39,949 nucleotides of DNA from Candidatus Fermentibacteraceae bacterium (GCA_030596465.1 JAUVJW010000002.1:1-39949), one strand, 5' to 3'. Positions 10,361-19,723 are shown, counted from the first letter of the stretch. Notes: generated from the sequence alone by a model not told the origin. Numbers and translations: made by a program.

Positions 10361-11892
10361 AATGCTGTCCATACCCATACACTATCACCTTTATACTGCT
10401 CCTGAAAAATATCTTCATACAGCGAATCGTAATAATTTCTTATGGAATCGGTAAACATCCATCGATTGTAAACAACAATTTCAGCTCCGGCAAGAATAAT
10501 ATCAGACTCATCCGGTACAACAGTGCTGCCCCATCTCAGGCTTTCAGGGATACTCTCCAACTGACGCTCTCCCCCGCGAGCCAGGAACTTGACAATCCTT
10601 GGTGAATCATCGGCGGTGGAAAAGAATGAATACCTTCTTATCATGTTTGAGGAGGGAATTTCCAGTGTGACTCCGGAAGCAATGTCTGTTGAATAGAAAC
10701 CGGGTATGGCATCTTCAATGGACCGCACTCCAAATGGAACGATTTCAAGGAGAACCAGACTGGTGAGAAGCCATCCTGTTTTAGCTTTTCTGCGTTCAAT
10801 AAAAGCACCCGCGGCAATTGCAGCCATTATTCCGGTGAGAATCGCAAGCCTTGAAGGAGCCCTGGCGGCGGAAAACCAGGGAAGCTTTACCAAAACCATA
10901 TACGGTAATGGAATCGGGGTGGGTATTCCATTTATTTTCAAAAGTGGCCCCATGGACAAAATCACAACAGCAAGCACCGCCATAAGTGCCTTCCAGGACT
11001 TTTCCTTCCAGCAATACAGAAGAGCCAGAAAAGCAACGGTAGCGCCCGGAGTAACAACACCCTCAAAATCGTTTGGCATGTAATCAAGAATCAAAGGGTT
11101 TCCCATAAATGATGGAAGAAAATAGGACTGAGGTTCTGCCGCCCAGAAAACCGCCTCTTTCCAGTCTTTTTCCGGATTCTGTCCAAGAGCGCCCGGGGTT
11201 GTAATAAACCAGAGGACTCCAAGTAGACATCCAGCACCGGTAAGTAGTCCTGCAATCAGAGATCGTCTTGTGTACTCTCTGCCTGTGAGAAAAGATGATA
11301 TCAGCCATCCAAAAGCTATAGTTATTCCGTGATATAGACTTTCCATTACCGCAATAGCGGCGAAAAGAATGAGCAGAATGAGATTTTTTATGCCGCCCCT
11401 GAGTACCCATTTCCGCAGAAAAAACATAACAAGAAGAACAAAACCGATAGAAGCAATGGGATAATGCTGATACATTCGGATCAAGCGAACGGGCATCCAG
11501 GTAATAATTAATCCCGCCAGAGCAGATCCGTTTTTTCCAAGGCCCCAGGATCGCGCAAGAAAATATCCGGCAAACGCAGAAAATAGAGCTCCGGATAAAA
11601 GCATCAGATTATAACTGCTGCCAGTGATGTAAGAAAAGAAAAGATCCGGCCACCCCATGTTGTGCCAGGCAAGAGGTGTATCTCCGTAAACCCTTGGGTC
11701 AATTCCCCCGGTGAACGCACTTCGAACCCAGTGAACATGCCAGATGCAGTCATAGACATCGCTGTCCCCTTGAACAAGAACATGCTCATCGCGGGCATAC
11801 ATTCCCACAATTCCGTTGCTGCCTGCAAGCGTAACAGCCCAGGGTAGAAGAAAAACAGCGGCAAGTAGAATAAGAAGGCACTTAGTATTCAT
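10357..11892 (-). CDS. polytopic membrane protein, putative second GT-C-type glycosyltransferase
   Basis: The ORF track gives 10357..12000. I prefer the ATG at 11892 (MNTKCLLILLAAVFLLPW...), because the longer form would overlap the upstream gene by 119 nt. After TM1 there is an acidic loop ARDEHVLVQGDSDVYDCIWHVHW, then many TM segments and a ~110-aa soluble C-terminus. Confidence 0.4.
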   Translation of the reverse strand: MNTKCLLILLAAVFLLPWAVTLAGSNGIVGMYARDEHVLVQGDSDVYDCIWHVHWVRSAFTGGIDPRVYGDTPLAWHNMGWPDLFFSYITGSSYNLMLLSGALFSAFAGYFLARSWGLGKNGSALAGLIITWMPVRLIRMYQHYPIASIGFVLLVMFFLRKWVLRGGIKNLILLILFAAIAVMESLYHGITIAFGWLISSFLTGREYTRRSLIAGLLTGAGCLLGVLWFITTPGALGQNPEKDWKEAVFWAAEPQSYFLPSFMGNPLILDYMPNDFEGVVTPGATVAFLALLYCWKEKSWKALMAVLAVVILSMGPLLKINGIPTPIPLPYMVLVKLPWFSAARAPSRLAILTGIMAAIAAGAFIERRKAKTGWLLTSLVLLEIVPFGVRSIEDAIPGFYSTDIASGVTLEIPSSNMIRRYSFFSTADDSPRIVKFLARGGERQLESIPESLRWGSTVVPDESDIILAGAEIVVYNRWMFTDSIRNYYDSLYEDIFQEQYKGDSVWVWTAL

Positions 11893-13009
11893 TTTCGGTT
11901 CTTTCCAGAAGATCAAGCCACTGCCGAAGACATTTTTTTCTGTCACTGACATCCGCAAAATAGCGCGCTGCACCTTCTGAAATTGAAAAACGCGCATCAT
12001 TGTTGTTTAAAAGATATCTAAGAGCCGCGTATGCCCCGCCCGCACCCGCGTCTGCCGGAATTCTTAAAACAGCATCGGCGGGTATGTCTCTAAATGAGCC
12101 TTCAGCGGATACAACCGCGGGAATACCGCTTCTCAGAATATCCATCATTGATCCGCTGGTTTCACCACAGGTGTGATGTCTGAGATCAATGGCAATATCA
12201 AATCTCTCAATCTGCTCCCGGAACTCGTTATCAGGCAGTCTACCGGTTACTGTAATCCAGGATTTATCTGTTTCCGGCCACCCTCCGCCGACAACAAGCA
12301 GACGGGAGTCAGTTTTTCTTCTTAACATTGCTGCCGCGCTGACCATTTCCTCCCAGCTTCTGCCGTAGTGAAATGTACCGGCAATACCGATGATTACAGT
12401 ATCACTTTTCCTTTCAGGTATGTTTACTCTTTCCAGAAAATCGGGCAGAAAACCCATTCTTACAACAGGTTTCCCATGTGCAAGCTTTTCCAGCTCCAAT
12501 TTTGCCGTATCGCTGAGTACTGCTATCAGGTTGCTTGCTGAGACCAGCTTCCCAACAAGAGGATTCTTTCTAAGTCGTCTGTCGTATTCAGATAAGCTCT
12601 TTGCTTTTTTTCCCATGACCTCCAGAAATGCTTTTGATCTTTCTCCGTAGTCATGTACCGCATGTTCATGGTAGCTGCTCCAGTCGCCGCTGTCTTTTGC
12701 TCTGTTTCTTAATACATGATGCATATTGGTTTCGTGAAATAGCCCCGTTCCACCATGGGCAAGCAGTGTTTCTATGACTTCCTCACAGTGGGGTGAATTA
12801 CCAATCTGGTAGATAACAGGTATTTTGAAATCTTTTTTTCGCAGTTTTGAAATTGGAATACAGCGAAAGCCTTCTACCGGCTTTGCCTGCCCCGGATAAG
12901 CAACAGTCCATTCAATATGGTCTTTTGTAAGTGAAAGTATTCTCATCGCGTAGTCCGCAAGACCTGTTGGCTGCGGTGGAAACGGAGTAACAAGCATAGC
13001 CTTTATCAT
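11882..13009 (-). CDS. glycosyltransferase, GT4-like (GT-B fold)
   Basis: 375-aa ORF. C-terminal CGETSGSMMDILRSGIPAVVSAEGSFRDIP resembles the GT-B nucleotide-sugar binding motif. ATGA overlap with the upstream gene. Confidence 0.65.
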   Translation of the reverse strand: MIKAMLVTPFPPQPTGLADYAMRILSLTKDHIEWTVAYPGQAKPVEGFRCIPISKLRKKDFKIPVIYQIGNSPHCEEVIETLLAHGGTGLFHETNMHHVLRNRAKDSGDWSSYHEHAVHDYGERSKAFLEVMGKKAKSLSEYDRRLRKNPLVGKLVSASNLIAVLSDTAKLELEKLAHGKPVVRMGFLPDFLERVNIPERKSDTVIIGIAGTFHYGRSWEEMVSAAAMLRRKTDSRLLVVGGGWPETDKSWITVTGRLPDNEFREQIERFDIAIDLRHHTCGETSGSMMDILRSGIPAVVSAEGSFRDIPADAVLRIPADAGAGGAYAALRYLLNNNDARFSISEGAARYFADVSDRKKCLRQWLDLLERTENEY

Positions 13010-13725
13010 CTTGATATCCCTTGCCAGCTTCTCAATCTGAAAGCAACCAACTGCCTGAACATCTCATAGATAGGACCGATTTTTACAAACGCAATAAATC
13101 CGCTTCTTGCACTTTCAAAAGAAACTGTTCCGGCACGCCTGTTGTAGTGACTCACCGGTAACTGTTTAACCCTGTAGCCCATATCACGAGCTAAAGTAAG
13201 GATTTCAAAGTCAATCACTCCACATGTGGATTCAGGTCTGACATCTTTGAAAATCGATGATCTGTACAGCTTGAAAGATGAATCTACATCTTTGAAGCCT
13301 CTGAGAAAAAGCATAAGTGTCAGTGTGTTCCATAGCAACGAATAGCCGAGACGCATACCGGGATCTTTTCGGTTCCTTCTGAAGGCGGATACAATATCGG
13401 CGCTCTTGCGTCTTTCCCATACAAGATCAAGTTCCTCGAGATCGAACTGACCATCGCAATCAGTGTAGAATATCCACTCTTTCTTTGATTGCTCTATTCC
13501 TGTTCTCACCGCCCTGCCGAATCCAAGATTGTTCCGGTGTGATATCAGTCTTATTCGGGAATCATTTTTCGACATTGATCTGGCTACTGATGCTGTACTA
13601 TCGGTAGAGCCATCATCTACTACTAGAATTTCCCAATTCTTTCCCACAACCCTGTCCAGTGCTTTTCTGGCACTTGAAACCATGTATTCAACATTTTCTT
13701 CCTCGTTGAATGCAGGAAAAAACAA
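13006..13725 (-). CDS. glycosyltransferase family 2, polyprenol-phosphate glycosyltransferase type (DPM1/ArnC/GtrB/CsbB-like)
   Basis: 239-aa ORF with a TTG start preceded by GAGGGA. Motifs FPAFNEEEN...ILVVDDGSTDST...NLGFGRAV...YTDCDGQFDLEEL...DVDSSFKLYR are typical of the soluble-domain polyprenol-P sugar synthases. It is the first gene of the overlapping string. Confidence 0.75.
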   Translation of the reverse strand: MFFPAFNEEENVEYMVSSARKALDRVVGKNWEILVVDDGSTDSTASVARSMSKNDSRIRLISHRNNLGFGRAVRTGIEQSKKEWIFYTDCDGQFDLEELDLVWERRKSADIVSAFRRNRKDPGMRLGYSLLWNTLTLMLFLRGFKDVDSSFKLYRSSIFKDVRPESTCGVIDFEILTLARDMGYRVKQLPVSHYNRRAGTVSFESARSGFIAFVKIGPIYEMFRQLVAFRLRSWQGISR

Positions 13726-13826
13726 ACTTATTCCCTCATTTGAAATCTGATACCCCCCGTTAGAAACATGCTTTCCTGAAAAGGGAATATTAGCTTAAAA
13801 GTGTTTTTCTACAACCGATGGGGTCT

Positions 13827-14210
13827 TCAGGAAGCTGCAATGTGATGAATGGGCGCTGCTATGTGTTTCTCCACTGATTCCATCATGTCAAGTTCCAGCA
13901 GCTTCCTCATTTCCCTGAGAATGCTGTTTTCTCTTGATCTTACCGTATCAGCCGCCTCTGTGGCATTGATGAACATACAACCTTCTATTCTTGCTCTTTT
14001 GCAATTTTGTATTCTGAACAATACCGGTTTTTCCATTCCGGGGCCTTTGATATACAGCATCCCGGATGCCAGTATAATCACCGCTGCTCTTGAGTTTGTA
14101 TTCAACACTATTGCCATTGTTTTTCTTCCCGGCTCTTCTTCAACCGCTCCCCACACAGCATCAGCACTGTGATCTCCTTTTTCTGTCTGAACAGTCCATC
14201 TTTTTCTCAT
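13827..14210 (-). CDS. hypothetical protein (~127 aa)
   Basis: The ORF track gives 13827..14219 with a GTG start. The ATG at 14210 lies 8 nt after GGAGG. No motif recognised, and no TM segment or signal peptide. Confidence 0.5.
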   Translation of the reverse strand: MRKRWTVQTEKGDHSADAVWGAVEEEPGRKTMAIVLNTNSRAAVIILASGMLYIKGPGMEKPVLFRIQNCKRARIEGCMFINATEAADTVRSRENSILREMRKLLELDMMESVEKHIAAPIHHIAAS

Positions 14211-14253
14211 TTTCGTCACCTCCGCTCTTACTATACAGTATTATCGTCCCGAT

Positions 14254-14269
14254 GTAAACACCTGTTTAC
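14254..14269. promoter_or_regulatory. perfect 7+2+7 palindrome GTAAACAccTGTTTAC, candidate operator
   Basis: Read directly at 14254-14269, in the 99-nt gap between the mutS stop and the hypothetical gene, about 45 nt upstream of its start. A 2-nt centre is too tight for a terminator hairpin. Confidence 0.3.
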
Positions 14270-14318
14270 CTTCTTCCTATAGCATTGCCCGTCTTGCTGT
14301 TATGATACAATCAATTGT

Positions 14319-16871
14319 TTATGTGTTGAGTCTGTCCCGGAGCAGGTAGATAAGCTCCAGTGCTTTGCGTGGAGTCAGACTGTCGGGATCCATCTTTCTT
14401 ATTTCTTCAAGAACAGGATGTTCCGGATTTGCGAGGGGCAGTGTCATCTGACCGGTTTCATCTCTGCCGCTGGAAGGAAGAAGATGTTTACCCGATTCAA
14501 GATCCTGAAGAACCTTTCTGGCTCTTCCAAGAACTGTGGACGGCACACCGGCCATTGCCGCAACATGGATTCCGTAAGACCTGTCCGCTGCGCCTTCCTC
14601 TACCTTGTAAAGAAAAGCGATTCTGTTTCCCATCTCGCGAACAACAACATTTGCATTGGCACAAAGCGGTAATCTCGACGCCAGTGAAGTCAGTTCATGG
14701 TAGTGGGTGGCAAAAAGAACCATTGGTCTGTGGTCTCTGTTATCGTGAAGATACTCCAGCATTGACCATGCTATTGAAAGACCGTCGTAGGTGCTGGTTC
14801 CCCTGCCAACCTCGTCAAGAATCGCAAGACTGTACCTGGTACTTCCATTGAGCAGAGACGCCGCTTCCGCCATCTCTACAAGAAATGTTGATTGCCCTCT
14901 GGAAAGACGATCACCTGAACCAATTCTTGTGTAAATTCTGTCCACAGGACTGAATGTCATTGATTCCGCCGGTACAAATGATCCGCACTGGGCAAGAATG
15001 ACCAGAAGAGCGGCCTGCCTCAAGTAGGTGGATTTTCCTGCCATATTGGGTCCTGTCACGAGGAGAATTCTGTTCTCTCTATTCAGTGTAACATCGTTGG
15101 GAACACACTCCCCGCGGGGCAGCATGTCCTCAAGAACGGGATGTCTTCCCTCAACTATTTCCAGTACTGGTTCGTTGGACAGCACCGGCCTCACCCATCC
15201 CTTTTCTGCTGCGATAACCGCCATCGAACAAAGAACATCCAGCCGGGAAAGGGCACGCCCTGCCTTCTTTATCCGGCCAACGGCGGAAGCGACCTCTCCA
15301 AGAAGCTCACTGAATATTTCCGCTTCCAGAATTGCAATATTGTCATCTGCGTTAAGAATTTTCTCTTCCATCTCCTTAAGCTCCGGAGTTATGAACCTCT
15401 CTCCGCCAACAAGGGTTTGTTTTCTAATGAAATATTCAGGAACAAGATGCTTGAAAGAGTTTGAAACCGAAAGGTAATAACCGAATACCTTGTTGTATCC
15501 AATGGTGAGTTTTGCTATGCCGGTCTTTGTTCTCTCCCTCTCCAGCATCTCTTCCATCCACAATCTTCCACCGGTCTTTACTACCCTGAGGTTATCAAGC
15601 TCGTCAGAGTATCCGTCTCTTATGTAGCCACCGTCAGATACCCTTGCGGGAGGATCATCGGACAAAGTTTTGTCAATTCTCCCTGCAACATCGGCAAGTG
15701 AGTCCATATGTGAAAGCTCGTTCAGCAGGATTGATACTGACCCGGAAAGATGCTCGTTAATACGGGGAATGAGGACAGCCGTCTGTTGAATTGATCTCAG
15801 GTCTCTTGGAGTGGCCCTCAGGGTGCCCAGTTTGCCGCCCTGACGCTCCAGGTCTGTGGCTTCCGCAAGGATTCTTCTGATGTGTTCGTACAGACCGGTC
15901 GCAATCAGATCTTCCACTGCCATGTGCCGTTTTTGTATAACAATTCTATCCACAGGTGGCGACATCAACCACTGTCTCCACAGTCTGCCGCCCCCGGAAG
16001 TCTCAGTTCTATCGGTTCTGTTTGCTAATATCGCGTCTTCCTCTCCAGGTGGAGAATCTACAATCCCGAGAGATCTGGAGCTTGATCTGTCCATGACCAG
16101 ATAGTCGCTCTGTCTGTAAACTCCCCTGAATTCAAGATGGGAAACACTGGATCTTTTCGTGTGCCCGATGTAGGCGAGTAAAGCTCCCATGGCAGAAAGA
16201 AGAACCGGGCTGTCGGCAATACCAAATCCCTCTGCTGAAGCCTTGCCAAAGGTGTGAGATATCTCCCGCTCACCTGACTGGGGATCAAATTTCCAGCTCT
16301 CAAGGATGGTAATTTCGCAACCGTCAGGTATGGTAATCAAGGTGTCATCGGAAACAACAACCTCTCTGGGAGCCGTTCTTGCCAGCTCAACAGTCAGCTG
16401 AGAAGCCTTCAACTCAGTTGCCCGGATATCTCCTGTGGACAAATCGCAAAACACAAGTGCTGCCCTGTGGCCTCTCATTGATACCGATGCGAGAAGAGCG
16501 GTGGATCTTTCATCAAGAGCAGAACCACTCACAAGGGTTCCAGGTGTTACAATTTCAACAACATCCCTTCTAACAAGTCCCCTGGCCTTCTTTGGATCTT
16601 CCGTCTGCTCGCACACAGCCACACGACAACCGGCTCGAATCAGCTTTGTGAGATACCCGTCAAGGGCATGATACGGGAAACCCGCAAGAGGTATTCCCTC
16701 TCCGGTGTCTTTGTTTTTCTGTCTGGCTGTCAGTGTTATCCCGAGAATTGATGAAACCTTCTTTGCGTCATCCAGAAATGTTTCGTAAAAATCACCCATG
16801 CGAAACAGCAGCACAGAATCCGAATACTCCTTCTTCATATCAAGATACTGCTTCATCATGGGGCTGTTCAT
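14319..16871 (-). CDS. mutS: DNA mismatch repair protein MutS (full-length MutS1 type)
   Basis: The ORF track gives 14319..16928. The ATG at 16871 (MNSPMMKQYLDMKKEYSDSVLLFRMGDFYETF) gives the canonical N-terminus and an ATGA overlap with the GT9 stop. Walker A GPNMAGKST and Walker B LAILDEVGRGTSTYDG. Confidence 0.95.
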   Translation of the reverse strand: MNSPMMKQYLDMKKEYSDSVLLFRMGDFYETFLDDAKKVSSILGITLTARQKNKDTGEGIPLAGFPYHALDGYLTKLIRAGCRVAVCEQTEDPKKARGLVRRDVVEIVTPGTLVSGSALDERSTALLASVSMRGHRAALVFCDLSTGDIRATELKASQLTVELARTAPREVVVSDDTLITIPDGCEITILESWKFDPQSGEREISHTFGKASAEGFGIADSPVLLSAMGALLAYIGHTKRSSVSHLEFRGVYRQSDYLVMDRSSSRSLGIVDSPPGEEDAILANRTDRTETSGGGRLWRQWLMSPPVDRIVIQKRHMAVEDLIATGLYEHIRRILAEATDLERQGGKLGTLRATPRDLRSIQQTAVLIPRINEHLSGSVSILLNELSHMDSLADVAGRIDKTLSDDPPARVSDGGYIRDGYSDELDNLRVVKTGGRLWMEEMLERERTKTGIAKLTIGYNKVFGYYLSVSNSFKHLVPEYFIRKQTLVGGERFITPELKEMEEKILNADDNIAILEAEIFSELLGEVASAVGRIKKAGRALSRLDVLCSMAVIAAEKGWVRPVLSNEPVLEIVEGRHPVLEDMLPRGECVPNDVTLNRENRILLVTGPNMAGKSTYLRQAALLVILAQCGSFVPAESMTFSPVDRIYTRIGSGDRLSRGQSTFLVEMAEAASLLNGSTRYSLAILDEVGRGTSTYDGLSIAWSMLEYLHDNRDHRPMVLFATHYHELTSLASRLPLCANANVVVREMGNRIAFLYKVEEGAADRSYGIHVAAMAGVPSTVLGRARKVLQDLESGKHLLPSSGRDETGQMTLPLANPEHPVLEEIRKMDPDSLTPRKALELIYLLRDRLNT

Positions 16872-17791
16872 TGAACCAGACACATGGCCTCCTCGAATAG
16901 ATCTCTCGGAACAAGCATTCTTCTGCATTGTTCATCTCCGGCGGTACACTTCTTCCCGCCATGTCGGTGACAGGGCCTGCATGGAACAGGATTGACCATA
17001 AAAGCCCCTTTGAAATCCCCGGACCAGAAACCCAGAGCAGGTGAAGTTGATGTAAAAACAACCTGTACGGGAACTCCAAGCGCCATTGCAAGATGGGCGG
17101 GGCCGGAATCCGGAGATATGAGCAGATCAAGCTTCTCAATTCTGCTGATCAACCGGGATATTCCACCTTCACCAGCTACGGTTTTTACACTCCTGTATCC
17201 GCACTGTTCAACAATACGCTCAGCAAGAGGACGGTCTCCGGAATCACCCATAACAAGTACTTGAGCACCTTTGATATCACAGAATAGACGAGCCAGTTCC
17301 GCCACCACACCCGGAGGAATGGTTTTCATTGGCCATCTCCCCCCCGCTACAATTCCAACGGTAAACCTGCCGTCTGCCGGAGTTTCGAGTCTTGTCAGTC
17401 CGGGAGATGGATTCCCGTGATCTGACCAGGTTTGCAGATATTCCTCCGCGCGCCAGGGAAGGGTAATACCAGAACCAAGCAGAACTTTTCTTCTTAACCT
17501 GCGGCTGAAACGAAATCTTTTAACATCTCTTCCGGTAAAAGCCAGCCTGGTTGTAAAGTTGTTCTGCATGTCAACAATAGTTGAGAAATTTTGAGAAACT
17601 CTTCTCAACTCAATCCAGCTTCCTGTAACGGGAATCGGCTTTATGTCGCCCGGAATTCTTCTGATTATTGGTTCATACACAGCTCTGGAAGCAAAACTGA
17701 CCGGTCCGCTTCGGGACATCGCAACAGCAGTACCGGATGCAAGAACTACATCTCCCAGTGAATGAAGCCTTACCAGAAGATTTCCGGACAT
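16868..17791 (-). CDS. glycosyltransferase family 9 (LPS heptosyltransferase-like)
   Basis: The ORF track gives 16868..17839. The ATG at 17791 (MSGNLLVRLHSLGDVVL) starts 1 nt after the upstream stop. The LxxRLxSLGDV N-terminus and the SPDSGPAHLAMALGVP motif are typical of GT9. Confidence 0.8.
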   Translation of the reverse strand: MSGNLLVRLHSLGDVVLASGTAVAMSRSGPVSFASRAVYEPIIRRIPGDIKPIPVTGSWIELRRVSQNFSTIVDMQNNFTTRLAFTGRDVKRFRFSRRLRRKVLLGSGITLPWRAEEYLQTWSDHGNPSPGLTRLETPADGRFTVGIVAGGRWPMKTIPPGVVAELARLFCDIKGAQVLVMGDSGDRPLAERIVEQCGYRSVKTVAGEGGISRLISRIEKLDLLISPDSGPAHLAMALGVPVQVVFTSTSPALGFWSGDFKGAFMVNPVPCRPCHRHGGKKCTAGDEQCRRMLVPRDLFEEAMCLVQ

Positions 17792-17792
17792 A

Positions 17793-19682
17793 CTAGAATT
17801 GCATTTTCCAGAGAGAGTGATACTTTCCATTAAGAGCAAGCAGTGTCTCGTGAGTTCCCTCTTCCAGTATCCTGCCGTCCTCTACGTAGAGTACCCGCGT
17901 GGCCTTTTTGACAGTACTGAGCCTGTGGGCGATCACCAGGGATGTTCTTCCCTCCACAAGCATGTCTATAGCCTGTTGAACCAGCTTCTCACTTCTGGTG
18001 TCAAGAGCACTCGTAGCTTCATCAAAAATAAGAATAGGTGGGTTCTTCAACACTGCTCTGGCGATAGCCAGCCTCTGTCTCTGTCCGCCGGAAAGGGTAA
18101 CTCCTCTTTCACCGATAACTGTAGAAAACCCCAGGGACATTTTCTCTATGAACTCAAGCGCGTTTGCAACCTCTGCTGCTTTTTTTACCCGTTCCATGGA
18201 GATATCAGCATCACCGTAGGCAATATTATTAAACACCGTATCATTGAATAGAACTGTTTCCTGGGTTACAACACCAAGCTGGCTTCTAAGACCCGCAATA
18301 GCCAGCTTCCTGATATCAATCCCATCAAACAGTATCCGCCCGTGATCGGGGTCATAAAACCTGGGAATCATGTCTGCCAGAGTACTCTTTCCTCCACCGC
18401 TGGGGCCAACAAGAGCTACAATTTCACCTGAGCTTATCTCCAGGTTTATATTCTTTAATACAGGTTTTTCAGGATCGTATCCGAAAGATACATTCTCAAA
18501 TCTGATAGATCTTGATAGCTGCTCTGGAACAATGGCAGATCGATACTCTACTATGGCTGGCTGTGTATCTATAATACCGAAGACTCTTTCTCCCGCGGCA
18601 AGCCCCGCCTGAATAGAAGTATAAGTCTTGCTGATACCCTTTGCCGGATCCATCATGCTTAGCGCAGCCGCGAGAAACACCATGAATTTCCCCGGAGACA
18701 TGCCGGTACCGTTAATCACTGCATTTCCACCGTACCAGAGTATAACACCGGCTGCGACAGCCCCCAGAAATTCTGTCATAGGCCCGGAAAGAGCCTTCAA
18801 CCGGCGAAGGGAAATCTCGTATTTTCTGTGAGCATTAACACTTTTCATAAATCTTTTCTCTTCGAAATTTTCCATGGCGAATGCCTTTACCACCCGCACA
18901 CCGGTAATGGTTTCTGTGAGAAAACTTGCAAAATCGGCCATTTTTTCCTGCGAACGGTGACTTTTCCTTCGAAGACTCCTGCCAAGAAGCAAAATGAGAG
19001 CCATGCTGGGCGGAAGTACCGCAATAGTCACAAGGGTCAGTTTCCATGACACCCACAGGGTAATGGAAAAGAAGATAACTAAAAGAAAAATTTGTCGAAT
19101 CAACGTAATAAGAGACTGCGTAACCGTTCTCTTGATCCTTACAACATCTGCGGTAATACGGGTAGTTAACTCCCCGGAACGACTTACGGAAAAGAAACCA
19201 AGATCAAGTTTAAGAAGGTGAGAGTAAACTTTTACTCTCAAATCCCGAAGCATTCCTTCCTCAACGGAAGCAATGAAAAAAGTCTGAAGAAAATAGGCCG
19301 TGTTCTTAATAAATATCAGAGAAATAACCGTTATTATTACAGCAAGAAGAGCCTGAGAAGGAGATGATATGTGTATCCCTTCAAGAAACGCGCCCGGTAA
19401 AGTCTTAGCGTTTTCCAAAATTAAAGAGGTGTCCCCGCTGGAAATTGAATTCTTTAATTCTTCCAGACCGGGCAATAGAGTTTGCGACATGGCCCGATCA
19501 AGACTGAGAGTGGATTCGACGTTCTCCCCTGCTCCAAGTACATCATCAAATATCGGAAGCAGCATGGCCAGCGTAGCCCCACTGGAAACGGCGAATATCA
19601 GAGCAAACAGGAGCGCGAGAGCAACTCGTCCTTTGTATGGTCCGGCCATGGCAAGTATTCTAAGAAATATGTTATTCTTCAT
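17793..19682 (-). CDS. ABC transporter, fused permease/ATPase, MsbA-like lipid A exporter family
   Basis: 629-aa ORF. Six-TM N-terminal half, Walker A GPSGGGKST, signature LSGGQRQRLAIARA, Walker B ILIFDEATSALD. Confidence 0.85.
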   Translation of the reverse strand: MKNNIFLRILAMAGPYKGRVALALLFALIFAVSSGATLAMLLPIFDDVLGAGENVESTLSLDRAMSQTLLPGLEELKNSISSGDTSLILENAKTLPGAFLEGIHISSPSQALLAVIITVISLIFIKNTAYFLQTFFIASVEEGMLRDLRVKVYSHLLKLDLGFFSVSRSGELTTRITADVVRIKRTVTQSLITLIRQIFLLVIFFSITLWVSWKLTLVTIAVLPPSMALILLLGRSLRRKSHRSQEKMADFASFLTETITGVRVVKAFAMENFEEKRFMKSVNAHRKYEISLRRLKALSGPMTEFLGAVAAGVILWYGGNAVINGTGMSPGKFMVFLAAALSMMDPAKGISKTYTSIQAGLAAGERVFGIIDTQPAIVEYRSAIVPEQLSRSIRFENVSFGYDPEKPVLKNINLEISSGEIVALVGPSGGGKSTLADMIPRFYDPDHGRILFDGIDIRKLAIAGLRSQLGVVTQETVLFNDTVFNNIAYGDADISMERVKKAAEVANALEFIEKMSLGFSTVIGERGVTLSGGQRQRLAIARAVLKNPPILIFDEATSALDTRSEKLVQQAIDMLVEGRTSLVIAHRLSTVKKATRVLYVEDGRILEEGTHETLLALNGKYHSLWKMQF

Positions 19683-19723
19683 AGTGCCTATTCTGCCGAA
19701 TGAGATAGTGTGTGGTCAACCTT

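Noticed and set aside
14319-16871. mutS as a possible MutS2/defence-associated or truncated paralogue.
   Set aside because: It is a full-length MutS1 type, with the mismatch-binding N-terminus (GDFYETF), a Walker A/B ATPase and a C-terminal dimerisation region. It is ordinary housekeeping.
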